A stretch of DNA of 21,208 bases from NCBI RefSeq assembly GCF_000485595.1, contig NW_014577075.1:711311-732518 (forward strand). The letters run 5' to 3'. The notes beneath the pieces were generated by a model that worked only from the letters and a program-made list of their open reading frames with translations, did not search any database and was not told where the DNA came from. This document shows, one piece after another, positions 1 to 12,290 of the stretch. The first letter of the stretch is position 1. Each line of letters opens with the position of its first letter. The translations under genes and the position numbers were made by a program. This DNA is from Priapulus caudatus. Lineage: Eukaryota.

Positions 1-1497
1 AGCCCTCACAGCTTGTATAGACCCGCGCTCTAGACGTTCCGTCACGAGCGGCTTCGTTCGCATCAAGTCGACGCGCAACAGTCTAACCGAATCGGATTTG
101 TCACGTTCCGGCAGACGGACTCTGTGTATGTGTAATACGGAAAAGAAAGCAAACATCAAATGAAATGCGTTTGCAATCGATAGGATACTAGGCTAGAGTT
201 ACCGCCGTTTGTGGCTTTAGCGGTTATATCGGAACCGGCATAATCTCGCTCCCGGCTGAGCAAGAATGCGTCAAATGAAGTGCGGACGGACCGGCGGGCG
301 CGGGTTAGCCCCTTAACGACAGCTGTCGACATGTTTCATAACATCGGCTTACCTACCGAGCACGCGGACCATCATGTCATTACCCTGCGAGCGAAAGTTA
401 CGCTGATCATGCACCCGTCTCGTACGAGGAAGGTGAATTTGTTTACTATGTTTAAAGGCCAGTGACATTGACGAATAAAGACACTCGAAACGCGTCTTGC
501 AATTACTCGATACAGTTTATTCAGCTCCGATCAGCTAGCTCTCCTGTGTGCGCGCGAGTGCCCGTGTGCGTTTGCGTGCGTGTGTGTTTTATGCGCGTAT
601 GTATGCGTGTGTGGCAGTCACGTAGGGGCTGGTAATTATTTTCATATTGAAGCCAATAAATCCATCCGTATCTCTAGCTTATTCAACGAACGGAACACTT
701 TCTCTCTTTATTGGCCCAGTAGAATTCCAACGAACATTTACTGGCAGCAGTAGCGGCCCCGTTACAGTTAACCTGCCAATACGATGGCAACATCTCTTTC
801 CATTTTCTCTCGGCGCCATATTGGGGGCTTTTTGTGCGCAAAAGCTCGTGAATTGAGTCGTACGAAGTGACGTGTATTATGTTTCGCGTGCCTTTCAACG
901 ATTCGCAAATCAGACGAAGCGCGTAATTCTTTTCAGATGACAGTCAAACGGTCTCGCAGACAAGGCGCTCGCGCATGCGCGGCAACGCGCGCGAAAGTTG
1001 CACCCACCACTCGCTAAAGCCACGCAGACCGCTTCACCCCGACCTTTTCGACCGAACATTCGCGATGTGCTCGAGTTATTTCAGAGAGGCCACGTGTAGA
1101 TTTGTCAACTAGCGATTGGTTCTTGAAGTGAGGAGCTACTTACTGCCATCTATCGTAAAAAGTGCACATGTTTGTTATACGTGCTTGCCCCAAAAACATC
1201 GGATATACGACTCCAATGATTGCCCAGGGAATTTGTATTTATATTTAGTTTAAAAAATAATATCATCCTTGAGAGCAGCTTGTGGTTGTATTAAGTGTGA
1301 TTCGTTATTCCGTTTCCGCGAAAAAGATCACAACCATTTTTTTAAAATATAACTTCGCTAAACCCGTGACATTCCCCGATAAACGACGGGTATTGCTTTT
1401 CTATTAGACTCACTCTGTAAGTCGTTGAGCCACAAAATTATGAGAGGTTGAGATGGGGTTGCGAGGAGTAATAATATCAGGAGTATCGTAATATAGA

Positions 1498-1547
1498 CTA
1501 TATCAGGAGTGAATAATAGAGCTATTATTATTCCCTCCTGACTATAG
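1498..1547. repeat. Imperfect ~50-bp palindrome
   Basis: ctatatcaggagtgaataatag-ag-ctattattattccctcctgactatag. Confidence 0.65.
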
Positions 1548-1869
1548 CAAGGACTTATACTAGAAGAAGATATCATTATCTAGATTATGACACTGCTTAT
1601 ACTATGTACATGTAAACTCATTATACGTTGCTACTCTATTGTCTCTATATGGCTGGTTGCCTGACGAGCTAAAAGTCGACATGACATGGACACATGAACA
1701 ATTATGGCGGCGAGCGCTGATCACACACGCACCAGCGGACGCGGACAGTTCAGCAGTTCCAGCCGCAATAATGACGAGAGTTATCGCTGTTCGACGCTTG
1801 CCCGAGTACGCGTGAAGTAACGGCTTCATTCGGCGCGGTTTGACACAGATTTTGCCGAATGGCAGGCAC

Positions 1870-2298
1870 GGGCACTTGCAACGTTTCAATAGTAAAATAA
1901 TGATAAATAAACACGAAATGTATTTACTACCAAAGTCTTAATGTTTCTCTGCTCTCTTTCGCCTATTATTGCCGATAATTTCCTGTAAATGCCGTTCAGA
2001 TGCTCCTATGCAACACACAAGTACACCTAGAGCACGCCGCTGTGCACAATCAACAAGAATAAAGAGTTTATTATTTCATTATTATTTTATAGAGTAATTT
2101 ATTCTTGTTCTGAGTTCCGCACGCGGTGTACTTGTATGTTGCAGAAGAGCATTTGAACGGCATTTGCAGGAAATTATCGGCAATAATAGGCGAAAGAGAA
2201 TAGAGAAATTTACTTTGGTAGTAAATACATTTCGTACATATATTACCGTAAATACATTTATTTACCAATTATTTTGTTATTGAAACGTTCTAAGTCCC
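1870..2298. mobile_element. Fold-back / MITE-like element with long imperfect inverted arms (noisy second copy at ~5755-6240)
   Basis: Arms ~1870-2063 and ~2098-2298, e.g. ctctttcgcctattattgccgataatttcctgtaaatgccgttca vs tgaacggcatttgcaggaaattatcggcaataataggcgaaagag, and cgaaatgtatttactaccaaagt vs actttggtagtaaatacatttcg. AT-rich spacer, no TSD recognised. Confidence 0.65.
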
Positions 2299-3543
2299 AT
2301 GTGATGGCAAGCATCTCACAGCGAGCTAGAATTAGCGGCGCTGTAGTGTTCGACGACACGTGTAGCGGGTTAGTGCCGGCTGCTACGGTTTCGTCTGCTC
2401 CAGCTATCAACAACTCTTTCCTACTGTGAATGCGACCAACGTGGTGTGAATGCTACATGTTTGGTATTTGCAGTGCGAGCTTTCGTAATTCGTACGTACC
2501 CTCGATCTTTCCTATTTATATACCCAACCTTACGTATAGAGAGCTCCCTGGTAAAATGCTTGAACCCTTATACTTATACCACGTCCCAAGCAGCAGCAGC
2601 AGCGACATGCAGTAACCGTTAGATAGACGGTATTTCGGGTAGTTTGATTGGTGTAACATTGTAGCAAAATATTTTGGTATTATCATGTAGTAATTGTATG
2701 TAGTATATTGACTTGAGACATTATGGCATTCGTGTCACTTAATTATTATTCTTTATATTAGACATAATCAATCTGTAATTCGTTGAGAATCAACTTGACA
2801 GCTGTCTGAGCAGACAGGCATTTTGAATCGGTCTAATTATACAAGATTATTATTCAGTGTGGTATATGCGGGTGGACAGGGCATGCACTGTACCATCACT
2901 GGTGCATACAGGATCCTTGACCGATGAGTGGGGTCGTTCCATGTGCAGCTGTTGAACTTCCTTGCTTACACTAATCGGGATGTTTTCGATGCGAAATCCC
3001 AACCGAAACGACAAAGGAAATGGAAGCTGGCTATCCGCTGACGTCGCGGCTCCCTAATGAATGTTATTTTATTCGACCAATAGATGGCGGCCGGCGTTAA
3101 TGGCGCTATAAGCGATGTGGATTAGCAGCAGATTTTCACGCGGCAACGCCGTAATAGGTTCAGTAACGCCTTACGTAATCTTACCGGACCGAACATTCAA
3201 CACCGAGAGTAAGGACTACTCCGCGAAGCAGATGTTTAACAAATGTCTTATAAAGGAAGGGAGTCGCGAGCCATTCGACAAGCGTGCGTAGACTTCCTTG
3301 CAGTCGCTGTGCTGAACATCTAAGAGCGGTGCACTCACGCAGGAAGAGGCGATGCGAGTGGATTTTTATTTTCTATATTGTTGCGCGCATCATTTTTTTT
3401 AACTCGCTCTAATGTTTGGAACATTCGGTCAAAAGAAAGAACGGGAGCGGGATGAAGTTAATGAACAGCATCCCTAGAACACAGCTCATAATGAGAAATG
3501 CGTTCACACGCACATACGCGCGCACACACGCACGCACGCACGC

Positions 3544-4361
3544 AAGAAGAAAGAGACAGGAATTTCGACCTAACGCAGCGTGAATACTCCATGGTCAATC
3601 GCAAGTAATTGCGCCGCTAAGTAAGCCGCAAGCATAGCTGGCTGTTTCGGCACTACACCAGCAGGGGGTCATGACATCAAACATAAACATCAAAGTCTAT
3701 AAGCGGAAACGCTGCCCTTCCTGCGTTTAAGGAAGGCGGTCGGGAAGGTTCCACAACTAGTCACCGAAAATAACCGGAGGTATTCAGGACTCCCTCGTTA
3801 TCGTCTGTCTCTGTATTTGTTCTGGCGTAGGGAAGCCCTCACAGCTTGTATAGACCCGCGCTCTAGACGTTCCGTCACGAGCGGCTTCGTTCGCATCAAG
3901 TCGACGCGCAACAGTCTAACCGAATCGGATTTGTCACGTTCCGGCAGACGGACTCTGTGTATGTGTAATACGGAAAAGAAAGCAAACATCAAATGAAATG
4001 CGTTTGCAATCGATAGGATACTAGGCTAGAGTTACCGCCGTTTGTGGCTTTAGCGGTTATATCGGAACCGGCATAATCTCGCTCCCGGCTAAGCAAGAAT
4101 GCGTCAAATGATGTGCGGACGGACCGGCGGGCGCGGGTTAGCCCCTTAACGACAGCTGTCGACATGTTTCATAACATCGGCTTACCTACCGAGCACGCGG
4201 ACCATCATGTCATTACCCTGCGAGCGAAAGTTACGCTGATCATGCACCCGTCTCGTACGAGGAAGGTGAATTTGTTTACTATGTTTAAAGGCCAGTGACA
4301 TTGACGAATAAAGACACTCGAAACGCGTCTTGCAATTACTCGATACAGTTTATTCAGCTCA
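3544..4361. repeat. ~818-bp interspersed segment, copy B (also 12291-13108; 3' part at 1-527)
   Basis: Runs from aagaagaaagagacagg to tttattcagctca, preceded by (GCAC)n. No difference from the 12291-13108 copy seen by eye. Confidence 0.92.
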
Positions 4362-6555
4362 GATCAGCTAGCTCTCCTGTGTGCGCGCGAGTGCCCGTGT
4401 GCGTTTGCGTGCGTGTGTGATTTATGCGCGTATGTATGCGTGTGTGGCAGTCACGTACGGGCTGGTAATTATTTTCGTTTTGAAGCCAATAAATCCATCC
4501 GTATCTCTAGCTTATTCAACGAACGGAACACTTTCTCTCTTTATTGGCCCAGTAGAATTCCAACGAACATTTACTGGCAGCAGTAGCGGCCCCGTTACAG
4601 TTAACCTGCCAATACGATGGCAACATCTCTTTCCATTTTCTCTCGGCGCCATATTGGGGGCTTTTTGTGCGCAAAAGCTCGTGAATTGAGTCGTACGAAG
4701 TGACGTGTATTATGTTTCGCGTGCCTTTCAACGATTCGCAAATCAGACGAAGCGCGTAATTTTTTTCAGATGACAGTCAAACGGTCTCGCAGACAAGGCG
4801 CTCGCGCATGCGCGGCAACGCGCGCGAAAGTTGCACCCACCACTCGCTAAAGCCACGCAGACCGCTTCACCCCGACCTTTTCGACCGAACATTCGCGATG
4901 TGCTCGAGTTATTTCAGAGAGGCCACGTGTAGATTTGTCAACTAGCGATTGGTTCTTGAAGTGAGGAGCTACTTACTGCCATCTAGCGTAAAAAGTGCAC
5001 ATGTTTGTTATACGTGCTTGCCCCAAAAACATCGGATATACGACTCCAATGATTGCCCAGGGGATTTATATTTATATTTAGTTTAAAAAATAATATCATC
5101 CTTGAGAGCAGCTTGTGGTTGTATTAAGTGTGATTCGTTATTCCTTTTCGCGAAAAAGATCACAACCATTTTTTTAAAATATAACTTCGCTAAACCCGTG
5201 ACATTCCCCGATAAACGACTAGTATTGCTTTACTATTAGACTCCTTCTGTAAGTCGTTTGAGCCACAAAATTATAAAGAGGTTGAGATGGGGTTGCGAGA
5301 GTAATAATATCAGGAGTATCGTAATATACGACTATAGTCACGAGTGAATAATAGAGCTATTATTATTCCCTCTGACTAATAGCTAAAGGACTTTAATACT
5401 CAGAAGAAGATCATCAATCGTAGATAGAGCACTGCTGCTAATACTAATGTACATGTAAAGCTCATTATACGTTTCTACTCTAGTTGTTCTCTATATTGGC
5501 TGGATGCTCTGACGAACTAAGAAAGTCGACATGACATGTGGAACACAACATCGAACAATTATGGGCGGCGTAGCGCTGATCAGCGACACGCAGCCAGCCG
5601 AGCGGCCCGACATTTCCAAGGTCAGTTCCAGCCGCGCAATAATGACGAGAGTTATCGCCTGCGTTCGACGACCCTTTGCGCCGATACGCGTGACAGTAAA
5701 TGCGGCTATCATTCGGCGGCCGGTTTGACACAGATTTTGCGCGAATGGCAGGCACGGGCACTTGCCCCAACCGGTTTCAATATGTAAAATAATGATTAAA
5801 TAAACACGAAATGCTATTTTACACAAAGTCTTAAATGTTTCTCTGCTCTCGTTTCGCCTATTATATTGCCGATAATTTTCCTGTAAATGCCGTTCAGATC
5901 TCCTATGCGAACACCAAAGAACATCCCTAGAGCACGCGCTGTGCACAATCAAAAACAGAGAATATAAAGAGTTTTAATAATTTCAATTATAATTTTAATA
6001 GATAATTTATTTTGTCTTTGAGTTCCGCAACGCGTGTTACCTTGTATGTGGGGCAGAGAAGCAATATGAACGGCTTTGCCAAGGAAAATTATCGCCCAAT
6101 TATGGCCGGAAGAAAAGAATAGAAGAAATTTACTTTTGGTAAGGTCAAATACATTTGTTAACCATATATTACCGTAATATAGCATTTATTTTACCAAAAC
6201 TTAATTTTAGTTAAGGAAAACGTGTCTAAAAAAAAGTCCCCATGTGTCAAGCCCCTCCTCACCAGCCCCGGGAGCTAGAAAATTAGCCGGCGGGCCTTCG
6301 TTGTCAAACCCGAAACACGGGGTGTAGCGGGTTTAGTGCGCCCCTGCGAAGCGGTTGCGTCTTGTATATACCGCGTCCTTTCCTAACGTGCGACCCGGGT
6401 GATGTGGGTTTTGCCAGTGCGGGGGGGGGGGGGGCTTTCCGTAATCGTTCGTACCGCCCCGCAGCCCGGCAGGGTCGTCTCTCCTCCGTATAGAGAGCAC
6501 GGCCTGGGTAAAAATGCTGAAAAAGTAAACCAATAAACTTAATACTCGTCCACGC
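3834..6555 (+). repeat. Direct duplication, copy 2; near-identical to ~5220, then increasingly indel-rich
   Basis: Scattered substitutions versus copy 1 up to ~5220, then dense 1-2 nt insertions and homopolymer expansions until similarity is lost at about 6555. Confidence 0.9.
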
Positions 6556-6632
6556 CTCATCCGCCCCCCTCGCTAGACACCAACCCCCCGGCCGATGTTT
6601 TGAACCCGCCGGCTCTGAAACCTAATCTCCGT

Positions 6633-6892
6633 CGCTCTCTCTCTCTCCCTTCCCTCTCTCATTCCTCTCTCTCTCTCGTCCTCTCGTCTCGTCTCGTCTC
6701 CCTGCCTCCTCTCTCTCATCTCTCTCTCTCTCGCTCCTCTATCTTAATTCTTCTCTCTCCTCCGCTCTGCACATCTCTCGCGCTCTCGTCGTCTCTCTCC
6801 CTCACCTCTCTCTATCTATCTATTCTATATATCTAATTTCTCTCTCTTTTCCTTCTTTCCTTTTCTCTCTTATTTTTTTCTTTCTTTCTCTT
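6633..6892. repeat. Degraded (CT)n polypyrimidine tract
   Basis: Irregular CT repeats directly after the decayed duplication copy. Confidence 0.85.
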
Positions 6893-8021
6893 ACCACCAC
6901 ATATAGCAAAACGTGTTGCCCTTATCGACTTCCTCGTGCGTATCGATACATATATATCCGTTCTTAGTAGTGTTGGGCGGGCTGCCACGCAGTTTAGTTG
7001 TAGTCTATTTCCTTTCTCAGTTCGTTTTACCGTGATATATAAGAGTAGAGCGTTCGCGCTTTCTTAGCGATTCTCGCCGTCGAAAAGATATACAGCCCGA
7101 AAGCGGGTGAAACACCCGCAGCAGAGAGGAGCGCGGGTGCGGAAGGCAGGAAACCAGTTGGCTCCGCGCCGCAAAAATAAAAGAAGCACAATACACTTTC
7201 GGAGACCGTGAAATTCTTATCCACTTCCATTGCCAAGCCGAACAATTGCGCGCCTGCGTAGAGCTTCTTTGCAGCCGAGAGCTATAAATTATACTCCTGC
7301 CCTAGCTCTAGTAACATGGCGTGCCCGCCCGTCGGTACAGTTGCCGGCAGTTGCGCAGTTTGGCGGCAGTGCTGATAGCGCGGCTATCAGTAGCTACGAG
7401 CTATCCCTGGCCTAGCTACGTCCATCCGATAGGCTCCCTTTTTTTTGCAAGCGCTATTTACTTTTACGAGGCAAAAAAAGCCGTGTTAGGAAAAGTTTAT
7501 TTAGGTTTTTTGGGGGTAACACGGCTTCACGATGAAGGCAAGAGGAACGACGACAGCCGTACGCCGCTGTACCGTCGTAAATGTGACGATTGATTGAATG
7601 CTAGTAATTGAGTAATATCAAAATCTAATTATATACAGAATGAATGAACAAGGCGTTCTACAATCCAATATCTAGCTTTCACGTGACATGCCGAACGTGG
7701 AAAACGCGAGCAATTCCTTCGATGATGACAGGATAGATAATAGGGAATTAGCCCTATTTCTACTCCGCTGATGATACTAAATTTGACCGATATTACCCAG
7801 AGTACATTGCAGCAGCAGTGATCGAAGTTATGACATATTAACCCCGTAAACCACCAACTCTACCCTTTTACCTGAGGCGCACGGTTCGAAAATTATTCGA
7901 ACAGTCAATTACAGAATTCGTGGTAAAAGATCGAAAATGTTTAAACTCTAATTGATCAAGGTTACCTGGTGCAATCATGAATCATTCTTATTCCGATAAC
8001 TGCGAAAATAAATAACTGAAT

Positions 8022-8448
8022 TAGTGATGTCCACGATCATCGATTAATACTCGATCATCGGCTTGAAGCAGTGCTCGAACCAAGCGTCTTGTATCAAATA
8101 TCCATTAATCGATTTTGTATCGAGAAAATAAATAAATAAATATGATTCGAAATTAAATGTAAAACTTGAAACAAGAAACTTGAAAAGTGATAGAATCAGA
8201 GATATCGATCGTACGATACAAGTTATCCTTTATTAACATATCATGTATTATATCCACAACACCGAGTATAAACAGTTCGCAGAAAACACAAACAGTAAAA
8301 CAGCTAAACCAAGCCCCATACATCACACACCTACATGCACACGCAGCGCAATTCCAACACTCGATAACCTGATTGGAACCTGATCATCGGCTACTTGGGT
8401 GCAACGCGTATGATCGATTTATCGAAATACAACCGATTGACAACACTG
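8022..8448. mobile_element. Possible decayed hAT-like non-autonomous element
   Basis: Ends TAGTGATGTC...GACAACACTG (8/10 inverted match, YAGTG-type termini) with many ATCGA/TCGAT/ATCGG motifs near both ends; no 8-bp TSD visible. Confidence 0.3.
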
Positions 8449-9020
8449 AGATGTAATTATTATTATTATGTTTCTTTGCCGCAATGTTCAGGAGTCACTA
8501 TCGTTTATACGTGGTGTCAGAAAGGAGCGAATAACAGAATGCGTCAAGCATCCTCGTGATTAGTTCCCGCATCCTCTCTCGTGGCGGCGTGTCAGGTAGG
8601 ATCCGTGAATCATTTATGCCGTGAAACTCGCGTGATAATCATCACGTGGCACACAGCGAAGCGTGAAGCCATGTGCTATTATACTCACAGCTGCTGAACT
8701 CAGCACCACTCGGCGAGAATTCGCACTTCTGGCGAATTATCACGGACACGGGACAGCACTCGGCTGCTAACATTTTTTCGACGCGCAAAAAATTCGAATC
8801 CATTGACCTCGTTCCTTTTTCGCGTATACACGGGCACGCCCTCGTGCACAGTCTATGAAGAGCCAGTGCGTTGGAAGGGAACCCCGGCATTGTAAGATGC
8901 AACCTGCCTAAGTAAATATAGTTTGCGCAAAAGCTCCAACACTAAGCTCACTATGTCTGCGTTAAAAACAAGTAAGAAACGCGGCTTATGCAGTGTGCGC
9001 AGACAATAAAGCTTATAAGA

Positions 9021-9105
9021 TGCGCGCGCGTGCGTGCGTGCGTGCGTGCGTGCGTGTGTGTGCATGCGTGCATGTATGTATGTCTTTATGCATGTATCTA
9101 TGTAT
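9021..9105. repeat. (GCGT)n/(ATGT)n microsatellite
   Basis: Directly visible. Confidence 0.85.
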
Positions 9106-10750
9106 ACTTGAAAATATATATATAGTTATTTTGATTTTGCCAAAATGCACATTATTCTTTCTCCACTACGAATAGCAACATTTTTAGTCGCCTACAGTGC
9201 TGACTTCCTGCCTGTGGTCGCACGCGTATACCGAACCCATTAAGTTTTTGTCATCCCAAAATTACACATGATGGTAGCGACGCGCCAAACTTGTGTCTTC
9301 AATAAGAAAACCCGCAATTTAAATTAGAGACACCTGCGCGAAAAAAGCATCGCCGACGTGCTACAGTCGAGCCACTAACTCGGTGACTGGGCTAGCGCCT
9401 GCAGCGGATCCGTAACGAGCGTATTAAACCTTGTTAAGACTAGTAAAAGTCGTCGCTAAATATGTCTTGGGCTTATTAGGTGATCCGGGACAGCTGTCGG
9501 TCAGAGCTGTCGGGGGAATTCGGGCATGTTCCCCGAGCGTAATGGGCTTCTACGGAATCCGCGACAACGCCGACTCGGCAGCAGTGCTTCTCACACAAAG
9601 ATGGCCGGGATTTTTAAAGCTGGCCGTATCCTACTTAATCCCCGAGGAAACGCCTGTTCGACAAGGCGTGCTTCCCCGTCCCTTTCCTTCCGTCCACCGC
9701 CGACGGCCGACGTTCAGACTCCGCCGACCAGTAGACACATCGGCTGCACATAGCGACGTAGTCATGCGGGGGTGGATGATTACTAGAGGCTAGCTCAAAC
9801 CGTCTCCCTCAATGTCTTACCAATTACTCTGTGGTCAATTGTTAGCACACCTACACTCACAGTTCGCGTGAGGGGTGACCTCCTTTAATGCCAACAACGA
9901 TGATCGATTAATCGTGGAAACGATCGACCTACACGCAGCGGACAATAACGATATACATTTTTCATTTGGGTGCGGGGGGGGTGATTTTGCGGTGACAGCA
10001 GTAATGGCCCGCCAGCGTGCAGGGGAACGGAGGGACTGCCACGAACATTTTTCGAACATGTTCACGTGAATATTTCACGAACGTGTTTTGCTATACTACA
10101 AATTTTCCATGAAACTGCGCGCGTCCGTAGCAGCTCTTTAGAATCTCATATCAGAAGTCCCTAGCTGCCGTCAGGGTAGATTCTACGCAAATTATAGAGT
10201 CAGTCTAGCTGCCATTGACGCTAGGCCGCTGCAAAGATAATTCGATGTCTAGCTCTTCATTCCGATTTAAATACAGCGACGGAGATGCCGTCATTCGGGA
10301 GTCGCCGGTATGCGAGGCGTTTAGCACGCCTATAAGTATCGTGGCCGTAACTTTATTCGCCGAGGTAGGTCCAGGATTTGCATGTTCGTGAATCATAATC
10401 CCTGCCCTGCTCCCGCTCCAACGCTGGGCGCGTCATCACTTCAGTGCACCCGCAGTATATATGCATGCCGCCTCCTTATTCACTCGCAATCTGTATACCC
10501 ATTACGTTAAAGATGCCCCAGGGCACATATCATTACAGCACGCGCGATCGCGTTGCGGTTATCTTCGCCCAGCATAAGTATCGGTTATTCAGCAACCAGC
10601 CACAAGGCACGGTCTAGAACTCTAGATGGTTGTAGTTGACCATGAGTTTCGTAGCTAGCTAGCTAGACCATGGATTTCGTAGAATTCTGCTGTCACACAA
10701 ATCACTTAAAATGCATCGCGTGAGGTTTCTTAACGTGTGCGCTCGTGAAT

Positions 10751-11028
10751 GAGAGAGAGAGAGAGCGNNNNNNNNNNNNNNNNNNNNNNNNNNNNNNNNN
10801 NNNNNNNNNNNNNNNNNNNNNNNNNNNNNNNNNNNNNNNNNNNNNNNNNNNNNNNNNNNNNNNNNNNNNNNNNNNNNNNNNNNNNNNNNNNNNNNNNNNN
10901 NNNNNNNNNNNNNNNNNNNNNNNNNNNNNNNNNNNNNNNNNNNNNNNNNNNNNNNNNNNNNNNNNNNNNNNNNNNNNNNNNNNNNNNNNNNNNNNNNNNN
11001 NNNNNNNNNNNNNNNNNNNNNNNNNNNN

Positions 11029-11095
<67 letters not shown>
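10751..11095. repeat. (AG)n microsatellite interrupted by an assembly gap (N at 10768-11028)
   Basis: AG repeats on both sides of the N run. Confidence 0.95.
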
Positions 11096-11097
<2 letters not shown>

Positions 11098-12029
11098 ATC
11101 CTGAGGCGTATTTGCTCGAAGACAAACGAAAATGTTAGTCCTGTTAATAGCTGGGTGGAGCTGGCTTGCCAAAAGCGTTGATATGCTGGTATGAGCTACT
11201 GTGGGTGGGGCTGATCCCTATTTACTTTCTACTAGACGAGAAGGTGAGATGCCTCCTCTAATAGTCTGTAAAGTACCCAGGCATTTACTTAGCCCATATA
11301 GAATCTGGATATAGACCGAACGAATAACACACTGTAACACCGACAGTAATTTAAAAAAAACGTCTTTAACTTTCCACTCTTAGAATCTATCGGGAAGTGC
11401 CATTTCAGTGTATGTTTAAAGGGCTTTCTTGGCACACCCTACACGCGTGGAATGCTATGCTCCCACAGTTCATCTAGAACTCCTCGATAGAACCTTGTGT
11501 AGTCGAGCGAGCCCCTCGCCAGCTCAACAATCGCTCCAGGCACAGAAGTATCAGCCAACTATAAGCCCAGTCTTTGACATGGCCATGACGATGAGAGGAG
11601 CTCTGGAAGCGTAGGCGCTTGGCATCAGCCTCCGGTGTCAGTGTTGGTTTACGAATAAAACCTTAATGAGCACCCCGGTGAATAACGATGGAGACAAAAA
11701 GTGAGCATTCGTATAAACGAAGCCACGCAGACGAACAGGGTTGCCGTGTACAGTAGAGTATAGTACTCAAAGAGACGTATGCGGCGGTTATTCGTCTCGT
11801 ACACACATCCATTCATTATTTCTGAAACGCGTGGAGGACCCGTGATGGCTGTTTTACGAGGCGAAAGAGAGCACATGCAACAAATGTACAGTAAACGGTG
11901 GAAAAGAAGCAGCGAAGGTATGGCGTAATACGCCGGCTACACCTCGTCCCTTCCCCCCCTTCTCATGCACTATAATTATAGCACCTTTCGTAACGTCTAC
12001 CTCTCTTCTCGCGACCGCACGCGATCTCA

Positions 12030-12290
12030 CGTACACGCATGCGCGCACGCACGCACAACTACACGCACAACCTCGCATACGACAACACATACACATACAC
12101 ATACTCATCATACACGCACAAAAACATGCGCACATAGTCACATACGCACGCACACGTACACTCACGTACACACGTACACTCACGTACACACGTACCCTTG
12201 CGCGCGTGTGCAACTCTCGCTCTCTCACACACACACATACGCACGCACGCACGCACGAACGCACGAACGCACGCACGCACGCACGCACGC
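12030..12290. repeat. Compound (CA)n/(GCAC)n low-complexity tract with an 18-bp unit cacacgtacactcacgta at 12151-12195
   Basis: Directly visible; explains the spurious C/V/R/A-rich ORFs here. Confidence 0.9.

Larger units (their letters stand above)
1..2585 (+). repeat. Direct duplication, copy 1 (matches 3834 to ~6555)
   Basis: Same sequence recurs at offset 3833 (identical ORF translations at 280/4113 and 683/4516). Confidence 0.93.

Noticed and set aside
280..465. 61-aa ORF repeated identically at 4113 and 12860, plus the 64-aa minus-strand ORF at 3798/12545
   Set aside because: Identity simply reflects DNA duplication; GTG start for the 61-aa ORF, no recognisable domain or exon structure.
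3544..4361. Solo LTR or Helitron identity for the repeated segment
   Set aside because: No TG...CA pair with TSD, no primer-binding site or polypurine tract, and no 5'-TC / 3'-hairpin-CTRR ends shared by all copies.
5480..6836. ORFs in the decayed duplication copy
   Set aside because: Not preserved in the cleaner copy 1; created by probable sequencing indels and low complexity.
9431..10396. Cluster of 63-120 aa ORFs and a small imperfect hairpin near 10055-10087
   Set aside because: No recognisable domains or consistent splice frame; hairpin is short and imperfect.
10659..11172. ORFs spanning the N gap (SL/ER repeats)
   Set aside because: Translation of (AG)n and Ns.
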